Below are positions 48,401-61,570 of a stretch of 64,000 nt of DNA, in pieces. The notes under the pieces are model-generated. The model did no database searches. It had not been told where the DNA came from and was given only the letters and a program-made list of their open reading frames with translations. A program made the translations under genes and the position numbers. Source of the stretch: Thalia democratica (taxonomy: Eukaryota); assembly GCA_965202585.1 (NCBI GenBank), contig OZ241834.1:17112001-17176000 (forward strand). Reading direction: 5' to 3'. The stretch's first letter is position 1. Each line of letters begins with the position of its first letter.

Positions 48401-51400
48401 ACAACAAGTTAACAAAAAAGTTGTTTTTTGCAAAAAGGAAAATGTTTTCTATTTTGTAACATAGTTTTTCAATATTTATTAAACTTATTAGTTAAAGAAA
48501 TATCCGAAAGATCTGTTTGTGTCGTATTTAAAGATGATACTGTAGAAGTCTTAAACTATTTTTTTTAAATAAAGAAAAAACTTAAACTTTGAACTTGCTT
48601 ATTTTATAAAACTTGTTTTGTGAATACTTTTTTTAAAGTAACAAATTTTGTAAATGAACTTGTTTATTTGAGTTAAGTAAAAACAAAACGCAGATATTTA
48701 AATTTTTTGATAGTAAAACAGATTAGATTTTAAAATCAAACAATGCTTACTAAATAGCTTAAGTATCATGCCAAAACATAAGACTTAAAAATTTAAAATA
48801 TTTGATTTTTTATAATGCTTTATAAAAACATTTGTAAGTTACTCAAAAATTTTCAAAGTCTTTTTATAGCTTTATCAAAATCAGTAAAATTAGTTAAACA
48901 TTTTGGTATAAACAACTTCTCTCAGATTAAATGAACTTAAAAATTCAAGGCTTACTACGAAATATAAGTTATCACATAGTACCTCTAATTCACAAACCAC
49001 AAACATACATGGCTTGGAAAATTAAAAACATATATGTAAAAGGCTACACAATGTTCGTTTTCAAATTTGCTGTTGTTTAAATTCCTTGAAAGAGCTGTAC
49101 AGCAGCGCTTTGTCACGACATTTCAAAAGATCGTGACTGCGGGCCACTTGCGTTATGGCTTCGAAGACAAAAACGATCACGAGAGTTTACCAGGAGACAG
49201 GTAAATGAAAAGTTTTGTATTTTTTCAACAGATACCGTACAAACCATAGTTACAAACTTCGAATGCTTGAGACTAATTTTCTTTAACCACTTGATCGTGA
49301 TAGGTCAAGTTCTAACAGTACAACGCGGTGTCCGAATTAATTGGCTGCATTTCGAATGACCTTCAACTAGAAAAAATAAAATACCATCGCAGACACGCTA
49401 CAATTTATCGCGAGAGCCTAATGACTTTCGAAAAACCGCGACAGGAAAATTAATTTACACGGCCGCAAATTTTGCGTCAAAAGTTATTCGTATGGGCGTG
49501 CGCGTGTTTGTTGCAAAACACCGACTTACGTCAATCGAACGTCGCCGACGTCCGTATCGACGCAACGCACAGCGACGGTGGTGCCGATCGCGCCCTCAGG
49601 CATAAACTTTGATGTGAGCTTCGTCGAACGGTTTGATCGTGCGTTGCTTTGCGTCATTTCTAAAATTTCGTGTTCGACGTTTTTAATTCGTGCTTTTCTT
49701 TTTTTGGTTGAAATTAAAGTTGCGTAACGGAAAATTACTTTGGTTTTTAGTCTAAAGAAATATTTTTTATTTTGAGTAGCTTTATTTGAATATATTTAAA
49801 ATGAAAAAACAGACCATCATTATTCAAAATTTAAAGTTTTTTTCATAAAAAAAAGTAATTATATTGAATTACCAAGCGGTCGCGTCAAAGCTTTAGCAGA
49901 GAAAACTTGCGAGTGAAACTAGCAAAAAATCGTTCTCACCTCTGATCCTGAGACGTTACAAAATTGGAAGTGCTGGTCGCTGATGAGGAGGAGCTGGCTG
50001 GTTGATTTGCAGCGGAGTGAGAAGATTGCTGCTGAGCGATCAACTGGGAAGCAGCTGGCTGCTGGTAAGCTGGCAACTGCGGTGCTTGGTCTTTGGTGGG
50101 CGAAGATGCGGCTTCGGTCGTCGCAGAAAGTGCTAGCCGAGGTTTCTTTTCGTCGCCTCTGTTTTTGCAATAATAATACTTAAACTAGTTCCTCTTTTGA
50201 TTGTAGCTTGTAATAGTTTTCAAGGATTTAGTTTAACACAGCATTTAAACGACTCTAAGATTAATTAAAAAATAAAAAGAAACTAGTTTTTTTAGGTTAA
50301 TTGCAAATAAAATAAAAAGAGAAACATATACAGTTTAACTGATAAAGTTTTGTTTTGACAAAAAATTAACTAATCAAAAGTAATCTTATTTTTGTACAAA
50401 ACTAATTTTATGAATTATATAGATGCTTAAAATAAAGTTTATAACTTTAAAGTTTATTTTTACTGATTTATTTTTGATTCAACACTTAAAAATACTCTAT
50501 GAGCAGTAGTTAATTTTAATTGAACAAAAACAAACTTTGTACGTTTCTTTGAGGAAACTCACAAAATAAACAAAGCACAATATTATATAATCACGGAACC
50601 ATACAGTCTACTTCACTTTTGTTTATTTCTTATCAGTTGTAAAATCTTTAAACCAAATAAAATTTAAAGCCATAATTTTTTTGGGCAGCTTGTTATGTTA
50701 AAATTCTATTTATTGTTTTAATATATTTTTATAAACTTAATGTTTACAGAGTTTTAAAGTGGTATAACGAAGCTTATAAAACTATAAGTTTCAATTTGTA
50801 AGTTAATTAAGTATATAACAGAAAAGCACTATTGTAATTTAAAACTTTTGTATTTTTAAATATTGAAGAAATAAAGTAATCGAATGATGTTTGATAAAAG
50901 AAATGCCTGAAATAGTATTAAAAAGGTCTGATTTTTAGATTTTTTAAAACAAGACTAAAAACCAAAACAAAACCTAATTTTTTTACATAGATAAAAATTT
51001 ACATCGTTTTAGCTCTTAATAAAGAGTAAAACAATTTTTTAATTAAATAATTTTTACATTTCTAAATATTTTTTTAATATAGAACAAGAATTTATTTTAT
51101 CACGTTTGCGAAAGAGCTTTTAGAAGTATGTATTAAACTTTCTACGTTTTCTTAATTATTTTTTCTTTAATTATTTAACATATATAATGTCTTGATGTGT
51201 AATTTTAAGCTAATTTTTTATCAATATTGGAAACTATAAAACAGTTTTGACCTAAACTTAAAAGACCAGTTAAAATTTTTACTTCTTAAATATTCAGTGT
51301 GCACAAAGTTGAGATGAGTGTGACAAAACATAACATTTATACGCTTCTTTTAATTTTTAATGTGTGTTTGTGCTGTACTTGATTTCTACATGAGTGTGAA

Positions 51401-53151
51401 TAAAAAAGAAAAAACAAATTTAATAGCCATAACTTTGTCTAATCGATTGGCATTTATTTTGTTAGCTGACCTTCTACAAATAAATAAAGCAACCGTAAAA
51501 TGCGATATCGGAGACGGAGACAAGACGAAAATGAAAATTGCTTTTTTATTCTGCTTTCGTCATGACAACACGCAAAAAAACAGACATCTACGAAATGAGG
51601 CCACGATTTCAGGTTGTTTTTATCATAAGGATACATAATTTTTTTGTTCTATTAATAAATAATTTAAATTATCGTTTAAAAATCACAAATCATGTTCTGT
51701 TTAACTTCGTATTTTAACTTTTATGTAAAGCTAGTTAACAGGTCCTCCTTATTTAATAAAACAATATTGGAATTTCATTACTATAAAATGCTTCAACTAC
51801 TATACTTAATTTAGTACTTAGTTTTTAAAATTCAACTTGAATAGTAATTGTCAGCAATTTTTTTTACCTTATTTCACCGACGTACTGAAATCTAGGGTCT
51901 TCGGGAGCTGGTGACTTTCTTGAACACGCTGAAGAGTCAGAGTCCTAAAAGTAGTTATTAGTAATACATGCGAGTGAGTGAGTTGAAAATTAAAAGTTAC
52001 TTGTGAAGGTATCTTCCGAGGACGGTAGAATGTCTTTTGGACGCTTTTCTGTCCTTGCTTCTCTGGCGTTGAGCTAACGAATTCGGTTGTTAATAGTTTT
52101 TGTATAGATACTTTATTTAAGTACTTAACCTTGGAAAAGTTTTAGTTTTAAACGAGATAAATTACCAAAAGAATATTTCACTTAACAAACTAGCACTTTG
52201 TTTACTAAATTAATCGTTAAAAAATAATAATGTTAACAAAATATTAAAATATAAACATTAATAACAATTATTTGTAGCCTTGCTAAGTTTAAAACTCTCA
52301 CAAACTTAATTGAGTTTTTTTAAAAGAAATTTTAAGAAACCAGGTTATAAATAATTAAAACAACAGTATACAATAAAAACTTATTACTTCAAAAACATAT
52401 ACGATAGACTTGTTAAAATAAATATATTTTCTTTAAACAGCAGTTTAACATTTATAATCAAAATAGTTTTAAGTCTTTATAAACTAGAATATCTTTTTTT
52501 ACAAATATATTATTATATACAAAAACTTATAATGTTCTGAGATAAATATTTAAACTAACTTAAATAATGACCAAATGCTTAATAAAAATATAAAACATAC
52601 AAAACTTGTGTTTTTGTTCTATTTTAATGTTGTTTAACACCTGTAACATCTACTTTATTTAAAGTCGTATAACTTTAAAAATCTTAAATTAAACTAATAA
52701 AAAAGCACATTACATGCTTTCTATTTACTGACGCACGTAATCATTATTGTTTATTCCTACGAGCTTAATTTGTCAGGATCTTTATTAGCAAACTTTTACC
52801 AAGTATTTTTTCGATACTTTTAACAAATTTTATACTCTTAGTGATTGTTTTAAACTCAGAAGTTAGAACAATATTTTTTTGAACTTAGATATGATTTAAC
52901 CAATAATGTTTTGATAATTAGTTAATTTTAAGCACTTTCAAAACAAAAACTTTGTTTTGTTTATCCAATACGTATGTCAGAAATGTAAAGCTTTACCTAA
53001 CACATACCTTATTCTTAAATCATGAATCTAATTTTCGATTTATATGTTTTAAACTTTTCGAGTTTTTGAACTGAAATCAACTATAGGTTAGTATCAAAAA
53101 ACATACTACAATTACTGATAAGTTATACGGTTCATCGTCTGAAACAGCCAT
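33471..53151 (-). CDS. GMEB: GMEB1/2-like SAND (KDWK) domain transcription factor, about 672 aa, 18 predicted coding exons
   Basis: Phase-consistent GT-AG exons: 53151-53129, 52073-52001, 51944-51886, 50158-49940, 46979-46835, 45250-45162, 43434-43354, 42753-42652, 42233-42131, 42065-41962, 41587-41488, 40281-40170, 39209-39069, 38566-38441, 35356-35234, 34759-34638, 34530-34474, 33710-33471 (sum 2019 nt). GMEB-type motifs: YPITCG..IWKKFVCPGINAKCV, WLTPKEFVNLAGKSTLKDWKRAIR, CSNQCRS, FWSSM, DAVTLTN, DLEKRLAEQKK, KRPKM. The 5' exons are less certain. Confidence 0.82.
35795..35980. repeat. Near-perfect intronic hairpin: 90-bp arms, 6-nt loop, 4 mismatches
   Basis: 35795-35884 is the reverse complement of 35891-35980; the core cactcgtttgaagacgagatcttca pairs with tgaagatctcgtcttcaaacgagtg. 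Confidence 0.92.
36861..37970 (+). mobile_element. Decayed 5'-truncated RTE-clade LINE (RT core to 3' end), antisense within a GMEB intron
   Basis: Frameshifted pieces: EGLIVIFLKIECPQSL, DQGCVLTQTLFGV, LNLACLKAKQKVKNLVQDLLFADD (catalytic FADD), CLRYI..RITKIE, RLRLLSHVLRMCDER, SMLYSELLIGRRKRGR, LNVSTYKWKESAYDREK. These match the RTE-type RT and C-terminal motif order. Confidence 0.75.
41488..42233 (-). CDS. GMEB: Three exons encoding the SAND domain and the adjacent His/Cys zinc-binding motif of the GMEB-like gene
   Basis: PNDDTTYPITCGNNQGELIWKKFVCPGINAKCVK|TQDTWLTPKEFVNLAGKSTLKDWKRAIRIKGQMLR|KLIEQGDLNYYDHDNNCSNQCRSNK; canonical splice sites and matching phases. Confidence 0.93.
49530..49657 (-). 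other. Candidate alternative first or cassette exon of the GMEB-like gene in a CpG-rich island
   Basis: tttag acceptor (exon from 49659), ATG at 49657, 42 open codons, and a perfect AC|gtaagt phase-2 donor compatible with exon 46979. Confidence 0.5.
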
Positions 53152-56100
53152 GTGAACCGATTATATCAGTGCTAAACAAAAACTTCTTATACCGTTTAAT
53201 TTTTTATATTTCGACTAGACTCAATAAAATAAGCGATGTATCAACTAAGACTAAAAAAGTAAAAACAAACTCAGACACTTTTGCAAACTTGATAAAACTC
53301 ATTATATAGATCAACTTTGAATCTTTATTTTAAGCTGTTTTATATTTCAAAGCGTAAAATTAAAGAATATATCAAAGTTACGTAACTCAAAAAATCATTA
53401 AGTTAAAGCTACATGTTTGAAACAAAATTTCTTATATCATCTAGGATATACCAGAAAGTCTGAAAATAAAAATTGTTTTTGATTTGCTATGACCCCTGAA
53501 ATAAAAATAAGTAATAATTTACTAAGAAGAGTTTATAAAATTATTTAAGATTTTTAAAAGTTTTTTGTCTATTTTTTGCTCATTAAAACTACTGAAAATT
53601 GTTAAAAAAAATCATCAAAGTATCTTTTTTATAATATACTTGTTATATACAACCATGATTAGGTGTTATCTACAAAGAAGAAAAATAAACTTAGACATTG
53701 AGACCTAAGTTTCTAAAAATATTAACCTATAAAATAGCTGATTGACTACTGTTTCGTTAAATATTTTTGAACTTAAAAAATATTTTAACACGAATCAGGT
53801 ATGTTACTCCAAGTTAATACAGTGTTAAAATAAATCGAAGGTTTAAACGATAAAAGAGCTTTAAATTATTAGTATTAAATATTCAAAGTTTCACACGTCT
53901 TTACTTTTTTTTATTTTACTAATTTAATCAGCTTATAAAATACTTTTACTAAAATATAGGTATTTTTCATTAACACCATGTTATTTTAAAGTTTCTACTA
54001 AAGTAGCCTTTGTAGTTCAAAGTTTTTTTTCAATTAAAGTGATTAATTTAAACTTATTTTACTGATACTTTGAATTTTGCAAAAATATAAAAAATTACAA
54101 GTAATGTACTTTTAAAAAAAGTAAATATAACAATAAAATTATAACGCTGACAAGATTTTTGGTTTTGTTACAGAACTACGAAAACTATGAATCTACTTCA
54201 ACTTTATTCGCGTTTAGTTATAGAGGTCTAGATATAAACTTAGTTTTGTTAATTAACTTTAGTTTCTAATTAAGTTTCTAAATAAATAAATATTTTACTG
54301 AAATGGTCTAAATTAAACAAGATTTTTAAAAAATGTAAGTTATTCAGTAATTAATTGTTTGAACAAAGCCCAAGACTACCTTGTTTTGAGAACAAAAAAT
54401 TACACTTTGAAGCACTTACTCCTGCAAACCTACTTTTATTCTTTTTATTTTAGAAAACTCCTTATGTCTTCCACCATTTTAACGTTTATGCTGAAACCAT
54501 GTCACTTAATAGTTAAACTATTTATACTTAATAACTTTATTTTTGCACGATTATGGTTTGAACTGTAACTATTAAGCTTGTTAAAATCTCGTTAATTAAA
54601 AAAAAAAGTTATTTAAACAGTTTTTTTTTTATATTTAATCTACTTTCAGAACTTTAGCATTTGTTTTTACTAATTCTTTACATTTTAGACTTTAATACAT
54701 TGTTCTTTTTTTAACTTTAATACCATTATTTCTCATACAACTTAAAACTTCAAGAAAATGTGGATAATTATATACTAAAATCGTTTTCAAATAGTAGTTG
54801 CCATAATAAATTTGTTTTAATTTAAAAAACAAAATATAAAAAATGATGCAACATTGTTTACTTTTATAAACCGATACGACAGTTAGAAATATTTATTTCG
54901 GTAATGACGCGAAAAATTAATTTGATTGAAGCCTTTATATTACACACTTTTTTTTATACTTAATGATTTTGTATCTTGCCACTCTACTAAAGAAGGTTTT
55001 AAAATATTTACAAATACATCATTACTATATTATATCTTCCGTTATTAGTTAATTTTGCAATATAAACAAGTTAAAACTGACCTTATTAAACTTATTTATC
55101 GATTTTATAAAAAAATTAAAAATGGTTAAAAAAACTAAAGTACAAACATTATCAAATGAAAAAAATAAGACCATATTTATTTTAAAAATGTTAAAAACAA
55201 TACAGTTTCAGAAGCAGTTTTAGCTATTTTTTTAACCTCAAAGCAAAAACTTTACTTTTTGATCTCACAAGTATCGCAAAAAAACAAATAGTTTACAATT
55301 TCAATTCTAGTTAGTCCTCATCGTAAATAAACACTAATGTTGTAGGTTCAAGACGTTCCAGACTTATTTATATTCCATATTTTACAAAGTGGAAAGAAAA
55401 AGGCAATACTCTTTTAAAGTTATTTTATGACAGATATTAGAGAAAATTCTTCTGAAACTTTTTTGTGCTCACGGACCTGACATTTTACAGTAGAGAAGAA
55501 AAAAGTATCCTCGTTATCGGAGGTTTGGCAAAGATATTCTGCAAATGAACTATACACATGAATAATTATTTAGGTGAAACTTTGGCGTACAATTGTAACC
55601 ACTAAGTACGAATTTAGTTAACACTTTTGCTTTAACTCTTGTAGTTTTTATTAAACGTGGTTTTGATTTTTTAGATGACATATAAAACTTTTAAAACTAC
55701 TGTTTTATTGATAGTCTAAAACTATACTCACTACAAACGTCTTTTAAATTAAACAGCTTTGAAAAGAACATTTTAAACTGAAAAAACAGTAGACGTTGAT
55801 TTAGTTAGATACTTCAAATGAAACTTTTTTTACGATTGGTTATTGTGTTAGTCCCAAATAAACTTCTTTGTCTATGTTGTATATCTAAAATTTATTTAAA
55901 AAGTATATTAATTAGCTTAGTTTATGACAAAAAAATTTTCTACGTTATACATTTTGTAAAACGTTTACTGAAAACTATTGAACTACATGAAAAAAAATTA
56001 CCACGGTGATACTTAAAATACAATAGTACTCAAAAATCGATAAAAACGGATACCTAGTATATATAACTAATATAACTAATAGATTCTTTCTATATACAAC

Positions 56101-59100
56101 AAAATAAAAAGCTAGCAGTTTTTTCTTGGTAAAAAAAAAGTGTAATTTAAACAAAAAAAAAGTATAATAAATATTTATATATATTCTATATATACAAAAC
56201 ATAAACAAAATTTTTCTGTTTATAAAACCCACAATTTTTCTATTAGCTCTAATCTATTATTTTTATTTTTGGTTATAGAACACACTAATCTGTATTATAT
56301 AAGACTGCAAAAGCTAGTAATATATAAGTTTAGTGACACTTAACGTACATAACCTGTTGAAATCTTTTATAAATTTTTAGTTGCTAAATATTTCAAAAGC
56401 AAGTAAAGTACCTAATAATTTATACAGTTTTTATCAAAAAGTAAGGTCAATAATTTATCAATAAGTAAAAAACAAAATATTTTATTTATAATAAACTTAT
56501 TGAAAGTTATAAATTATTTAAATCTTAAAAAAATGATTTGAAAAATTAACTTTTGATAGGTATAGTTTTTATTCATTTAGGAAACGTTAGTTTAAGAAAC
56601 GATACTACAACTAAAGCTAGTACTCAAATTTAAAAGGAATAAATTTAATAATCAAAATATGACCTTTTTACAACTACATTAAAAAAAGCTTCTAGCTGAC
56701 TTCATATATAAATGTTTAAATGAGATCAAATAAAATTTTGTCTTTTTAGTTGATAATCTTAAATTTTAGTTGTGTTTTAAAAACCTAATAACAATAATCA
56801 AAAACTAATTTTTTCAAACCGATACAACATCAAAAACAATCACATAAAAAAGCTACCAAAATGCTTCTATTTTTTTTAATACCTTAATTTCTTATATAAC
56901 AGTCATGTTTTTGTAGTTTATTAATTAATTTAAAGCTGATATTTTGTAAAGTTTGTTTTAATTATTAACAAAAAATGCTAAGTACATAAATTACTAAAAC
57001 TATGAGTCCGCACAATCTATAATTGCTGTTGTTCAACTATGTCGTTGTCTTGAAACTACAAACTTTTTAAATACTTTTATTTTATAATATATAGGATATT
57101 CTATATTAGTGCTAGATATTATGTTAGAGTTTTTTGTTTTAAAAACTGAAGTTTTTGTTAGATGTTTCGTTGACTAGTCTTTTCTCAATAACTTTTAAGC
57201 TTTAATTCGTAGCTTTATTTTAACTAATTTTAGAACATCTACATACCATTAACTTAAATTATTAACGCTTAGATTTTGTCACTAAAAAGGCTGTCAATGA
57301 CAAAATTATTTAGAAAAAGAGTACTGATCTTCTGGAAAAATTGTCATTTTACTCAGTTTTTTGTTAAGATTACATATTATAAAACTAGTTATTACTAAGT
57401 TTTTTATGGTAAAAACGACAAGATATTTTTTATACCACAACCTAAACAAAACCATATCAAAAAAGTTTATAACTATTTTTTGTAAAACTTCAATCTAACC
57501 ACAAACAAACTTTTTAAATGAAATATTAATATAATACTTAAAGGAAGTCAAAATTCTATTTATATATTTATCTGACTTTGTTCGTATCAAGTTTTGTTAT
57601 AGTCTTCTAAACGTTTTTACTTAGAATATATTTTTGTTTAATATAATAATTATATTTCTTTTACAACTAAACTTTTTTATCATACTATTTAAGAGTATTT
57701 AACAGTTTACGTAAACGTATTTTGTCGAAGTACAAATAAAACTATTAGTTGGTTTAATTACTTTATAATATATCTACTTTGTTGTTAAATTTTGTAAAGT
57801 TGAACAAAAGTGAATTAAGTGTCTTTCTAGTGTAGTTAAACAAAAGTCAAAATAAAAGCTTTAATGTTTATGCATTTCTCTAGCTCAACACAAAACTTTG
57901 AACAAAGCGATTTTACTTTGTTTACCCATGTAAAAAAACTTAAAGTAATTATGTAAACACAAGCATGATTTATAAAAATGCAGTTAAAATTTTTCAATCA
58001 AAAACGATACTGTGAAAATTTTTAAAACATCTTTTTTTAACGGTTTATAAAAACTGATTCAATATTAAATAAAATCACCTCACGAGACCTTTCTTGCGGT
58101 TTTTGTAGATCAAAAAAAAGTCGAGTTTTATTCAGTGTGATTTTCGCAAAAAATAAAATTCAAGAACTAACAAAAATAAGGATGCACAGCAAATAAACTT
58201 TTGATAACTCTGATTGTAGTGAGTTATCCAATTTAGTAACTTTTATTATATTTATATTTTTATTTAATATCATAACATTTAAAAATTTAACTATCTGTAA
58301 ATTTTTCCATATTTAATTTTTTCAAGTGAAAACTATCTTTCATATACGATGAAAAAAAAAAAATTATGTTTTTTTTTTTAATTACTAAAATATGGCTAGT
58401 TTTACCAATTACAAATTATCTCTTGTAATACTTTTAATTAAATACTTATTAAATTTATTTTTTTTATTAACTGAAACTTCTTGTACACTTTTATTTTGTC
58501 AACTTTAAGTTATTGTTTAAGATATAATTTGAATTTTCATGTAACCAAACAAAATGTAGTTTTAATTTAAAAAATATCTTTGCAAAAAACATTTAACTTT
58601 ATCTCAGTTAATAATTTAGCAGCGCTAAGCCTTTTTTTTTTCTTTTTTAAGTTTCAATATAGTTTAAACAAGTTTGTAAATACACTAACAACCTAGTACT
58701 TCATTTTCTATTGACATTTTATAATAATTCAATTCGTACTTTTTTACAAATAAAAACTAGTTTCATTAAAATCAATTTGATTTTCTATCTAAAAAATTAC
58801 AAAAAAATATTAGTACGTAACCAAAAGAGTATGAAAGCAAGTAACAAGGAAATGTATCTAAATTTACCTTTGTTTAATCTAGCTCAGCATATATTTGTTT
58901 TACAACGCTTATTTTCACATTTCTGATTTATTTTTATTTGTAACAGTATTTGCAGGCCACACAAAGCGGACGTTCATACAATTAACCCAAGTTAAGCCAA
59001 GTTCAAGTTATACATCTTAAGTTAGCATAACTCGGCTTTTACGACTTTAAACAAGTTAGCTTAGTTTAGCAGTTGTTTTGTTTTAGACTTTGATATGATA

Positions 59101-60120
59101 GTTCTAAATAAATAACTATTAGTCTGTTATAAATATTTATAAAACTTAAAATTTTCGTAAAAATAAACATCTACAACTTGTGTTAGCTTTTACTAAAAAA
59201 TTCAAGCCAAAAATTAAAATTAAAAATGTTATATAATTTAGTTTAAAAAATAAAAGTTTCTTAGTAGGTGTAGTAACTTTTTTATCGTAGTATTTTAAAA
59301 CTGCTGTTTCTATTTGTATATCATCATTTTTTTTAAATTAATCACGAGTGTTTTTATTCAAAATAAAAGTTAATGATAACTTTTTTTGCTAAAAATTAAC
59401 AAGCAAAAACTGGTAATTTAGTAGTCTATAAACTTAAAACATGTCGAAAACATAGAACTTAATTTATTTTGACTAAATTTAACAACCAGAAACTTAATTC
59501 ATATATACTAAGTTTAACAAAAAATACTTTTAGGCTTTTAAGCTAACTTAATTGTAAATTAATTCTTTTTTAGACATTATTTTAATATTATAAAGTTTAT
59601 ACTTACTGATAGTATTGATTATAAAAATTATGGTAAATTTAGTTATATTTTCAGTAATACTAAGTATAATTTAAAATAATACATTTTATTTAAACTACAA
59701 CTTAACTTAAATTTAACTAAATTGAATAAGTTTTAAAACATTAAATATATCGGCATCAACAAATGTTCTTAAAATTTGATCACAAATTGCTTTTGTGACT
59801 AAATTATCAATTTAAAACAAAAAAAAGGTATACTGCACTAAAAAAACGGAGCAAAAAATATTTTTTTTATTTTAAACTAACCCGAATTGCTGTTACGTTC
59901 GAGTTATAAATATAGGACCATGTTTATTATACTTATACATCAAATTCACTAAACTAAAATAAACAAGTTATATCCTAAAACTAATAGTTTAAACTTAAAC
60001 AAATCAACTTATTATTTACAGAAATTTATTTAATTTATGTAAATACGCTTCAAAGTTATTTCTAAGATACTTTTATGAGTATAGTCTTCTATATTATTTT
60101 ATCAAAAATATTTTTTTTAC

Positions 60121-60401
60121 CTGTTTTGTTTAACTTTAGACTGGGTAGACTCAACAGTTATCACTGGAGTAGAATTTTCCCCATTATAGTTTTTCTCCAA
60201 TGCCTTAGCGGGCTCTAAAGATACATCATTAAACACTTATTAGTTTTTCATTTAGATAGTGAAAAATGTTATTCAAAGTATCATTTTTGTTAAAGATCAT
60301 ACCATATTTTAAGAATATTTAGTAATAACAATTTCAGAAAAATATATAAGCAAAAACTATAACAAAGCTTACTTACCTTTTGTAGCTTGAGGAAAACTCA
60401 T
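60121..60401 (-). other. Two candidate distal 5' exons (60401-60377 and 60202-60121), possibly an alternative start of the GMEB-like gene
   Basis: ATG AGT TTT CCT CAA GCT ACA AAA G|gtaagt, then (G)GC ATT GGA GAA AAC...AAC AG|gtaaaa, ending in phase 2. The acceptor choice is ambiguous. Confidence 0.3.
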
Positions 60402-61570
60402 CAGTTATGTTTTGTAGACTTTATTTTGTATTTACTCTTATAATATAGTGAGTATTTCAAAATATTGGTATCTATGAAAATTAAGACTATTTAGGTACTT
60501 TTTTTTATATGGTGTTTAACTAAAACAGTTCAATCAGCAGTGCCTCTAAAAAATTTTAATACTACTTAAGTCAGTTTATAATAACACCATTTTTCTAATT
60601 CATCACGAAACAATAAATTTCTAAGTATATGTTAGAAGTTTATAACTTAAAATGAGAATGTAAAAACTTTTAGAAAACTATGAATTTTTACACAATTTTA
60701 AATCAAAATTTCTACTTCTACTAAATAAAATTTCTACAATTTTAACATACAACTTGTATTACAAAACAAGTTAAAATTATATAAAATACTTTTGGGTCAT
60801 ACAAGTAAAAAAGGGTAATTGTTCATACTAACCACTCACTACTGTAAATTCTTCATACTACCAGCTCAGCATAAAAAATCAATAAACTTCTCAGAAGGTA
60901 AAATATTTTTTCCTACTAAGATAAGCTATGGAGAATTAAACTCATTAGCCTATGAGCATGATAAGTTTTACATCGTTCAAAGAAGACCGTATTTAGTTAT
61001 TTTTGTATATAAATTAATTTAATTAGCTCAATCTCATAAAATTCAAAAAAATAATGACACTGGTTTTTAAAAAAGTATTTAGCAAGTTTTGTCGTGCTTA
61101 ATAAGTTTATTAAGTTCTATATCTATTTATAGTGTTAGTGAAATTGCTTAAGATTTTAAAATAAACTGTTTTTTAGTTTATATTTATGTATTTATTTTAA
61201 ATTATTTTTGCTGTTGTTAGATAAATGTTCAAAGCTTATATTTTTTATAAAAGTGTATTTTTTACCGTTCATTAAATTATTTTGTACCATCATGTTTAAA
61301 AAACTATTTCAGTTTGAACCCATTGATTAAAAAGTTGTAAGTAGTTTTAAGGGTTTAGTTTTCTAAGTCAACAAATGTTTTTCTGTGATTAAATCTTAAA
61401 CACATGCTTTAAGCTTACAAAAATTTTTGTACTCTTCTAGGTTCAATCTTTCTAATTTTATTTTACATAATATTTATTTAAAACAGTCTTACCTATCATT
61501 TTAAACTTGTTTAAATTATGATTACGTTTTTGCAACAACTATTTACAAAAAGTTTAGTAATCTTCTAGAT

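Noticed and set aside
51875-51944. PRFQYV as a CP2/Grainyhead motif
   Set aside because: There is no following LxAATS..YLNQGQ sequence, and a CA|gtacgt donor ends the exon in phase with the next GMEB exon.
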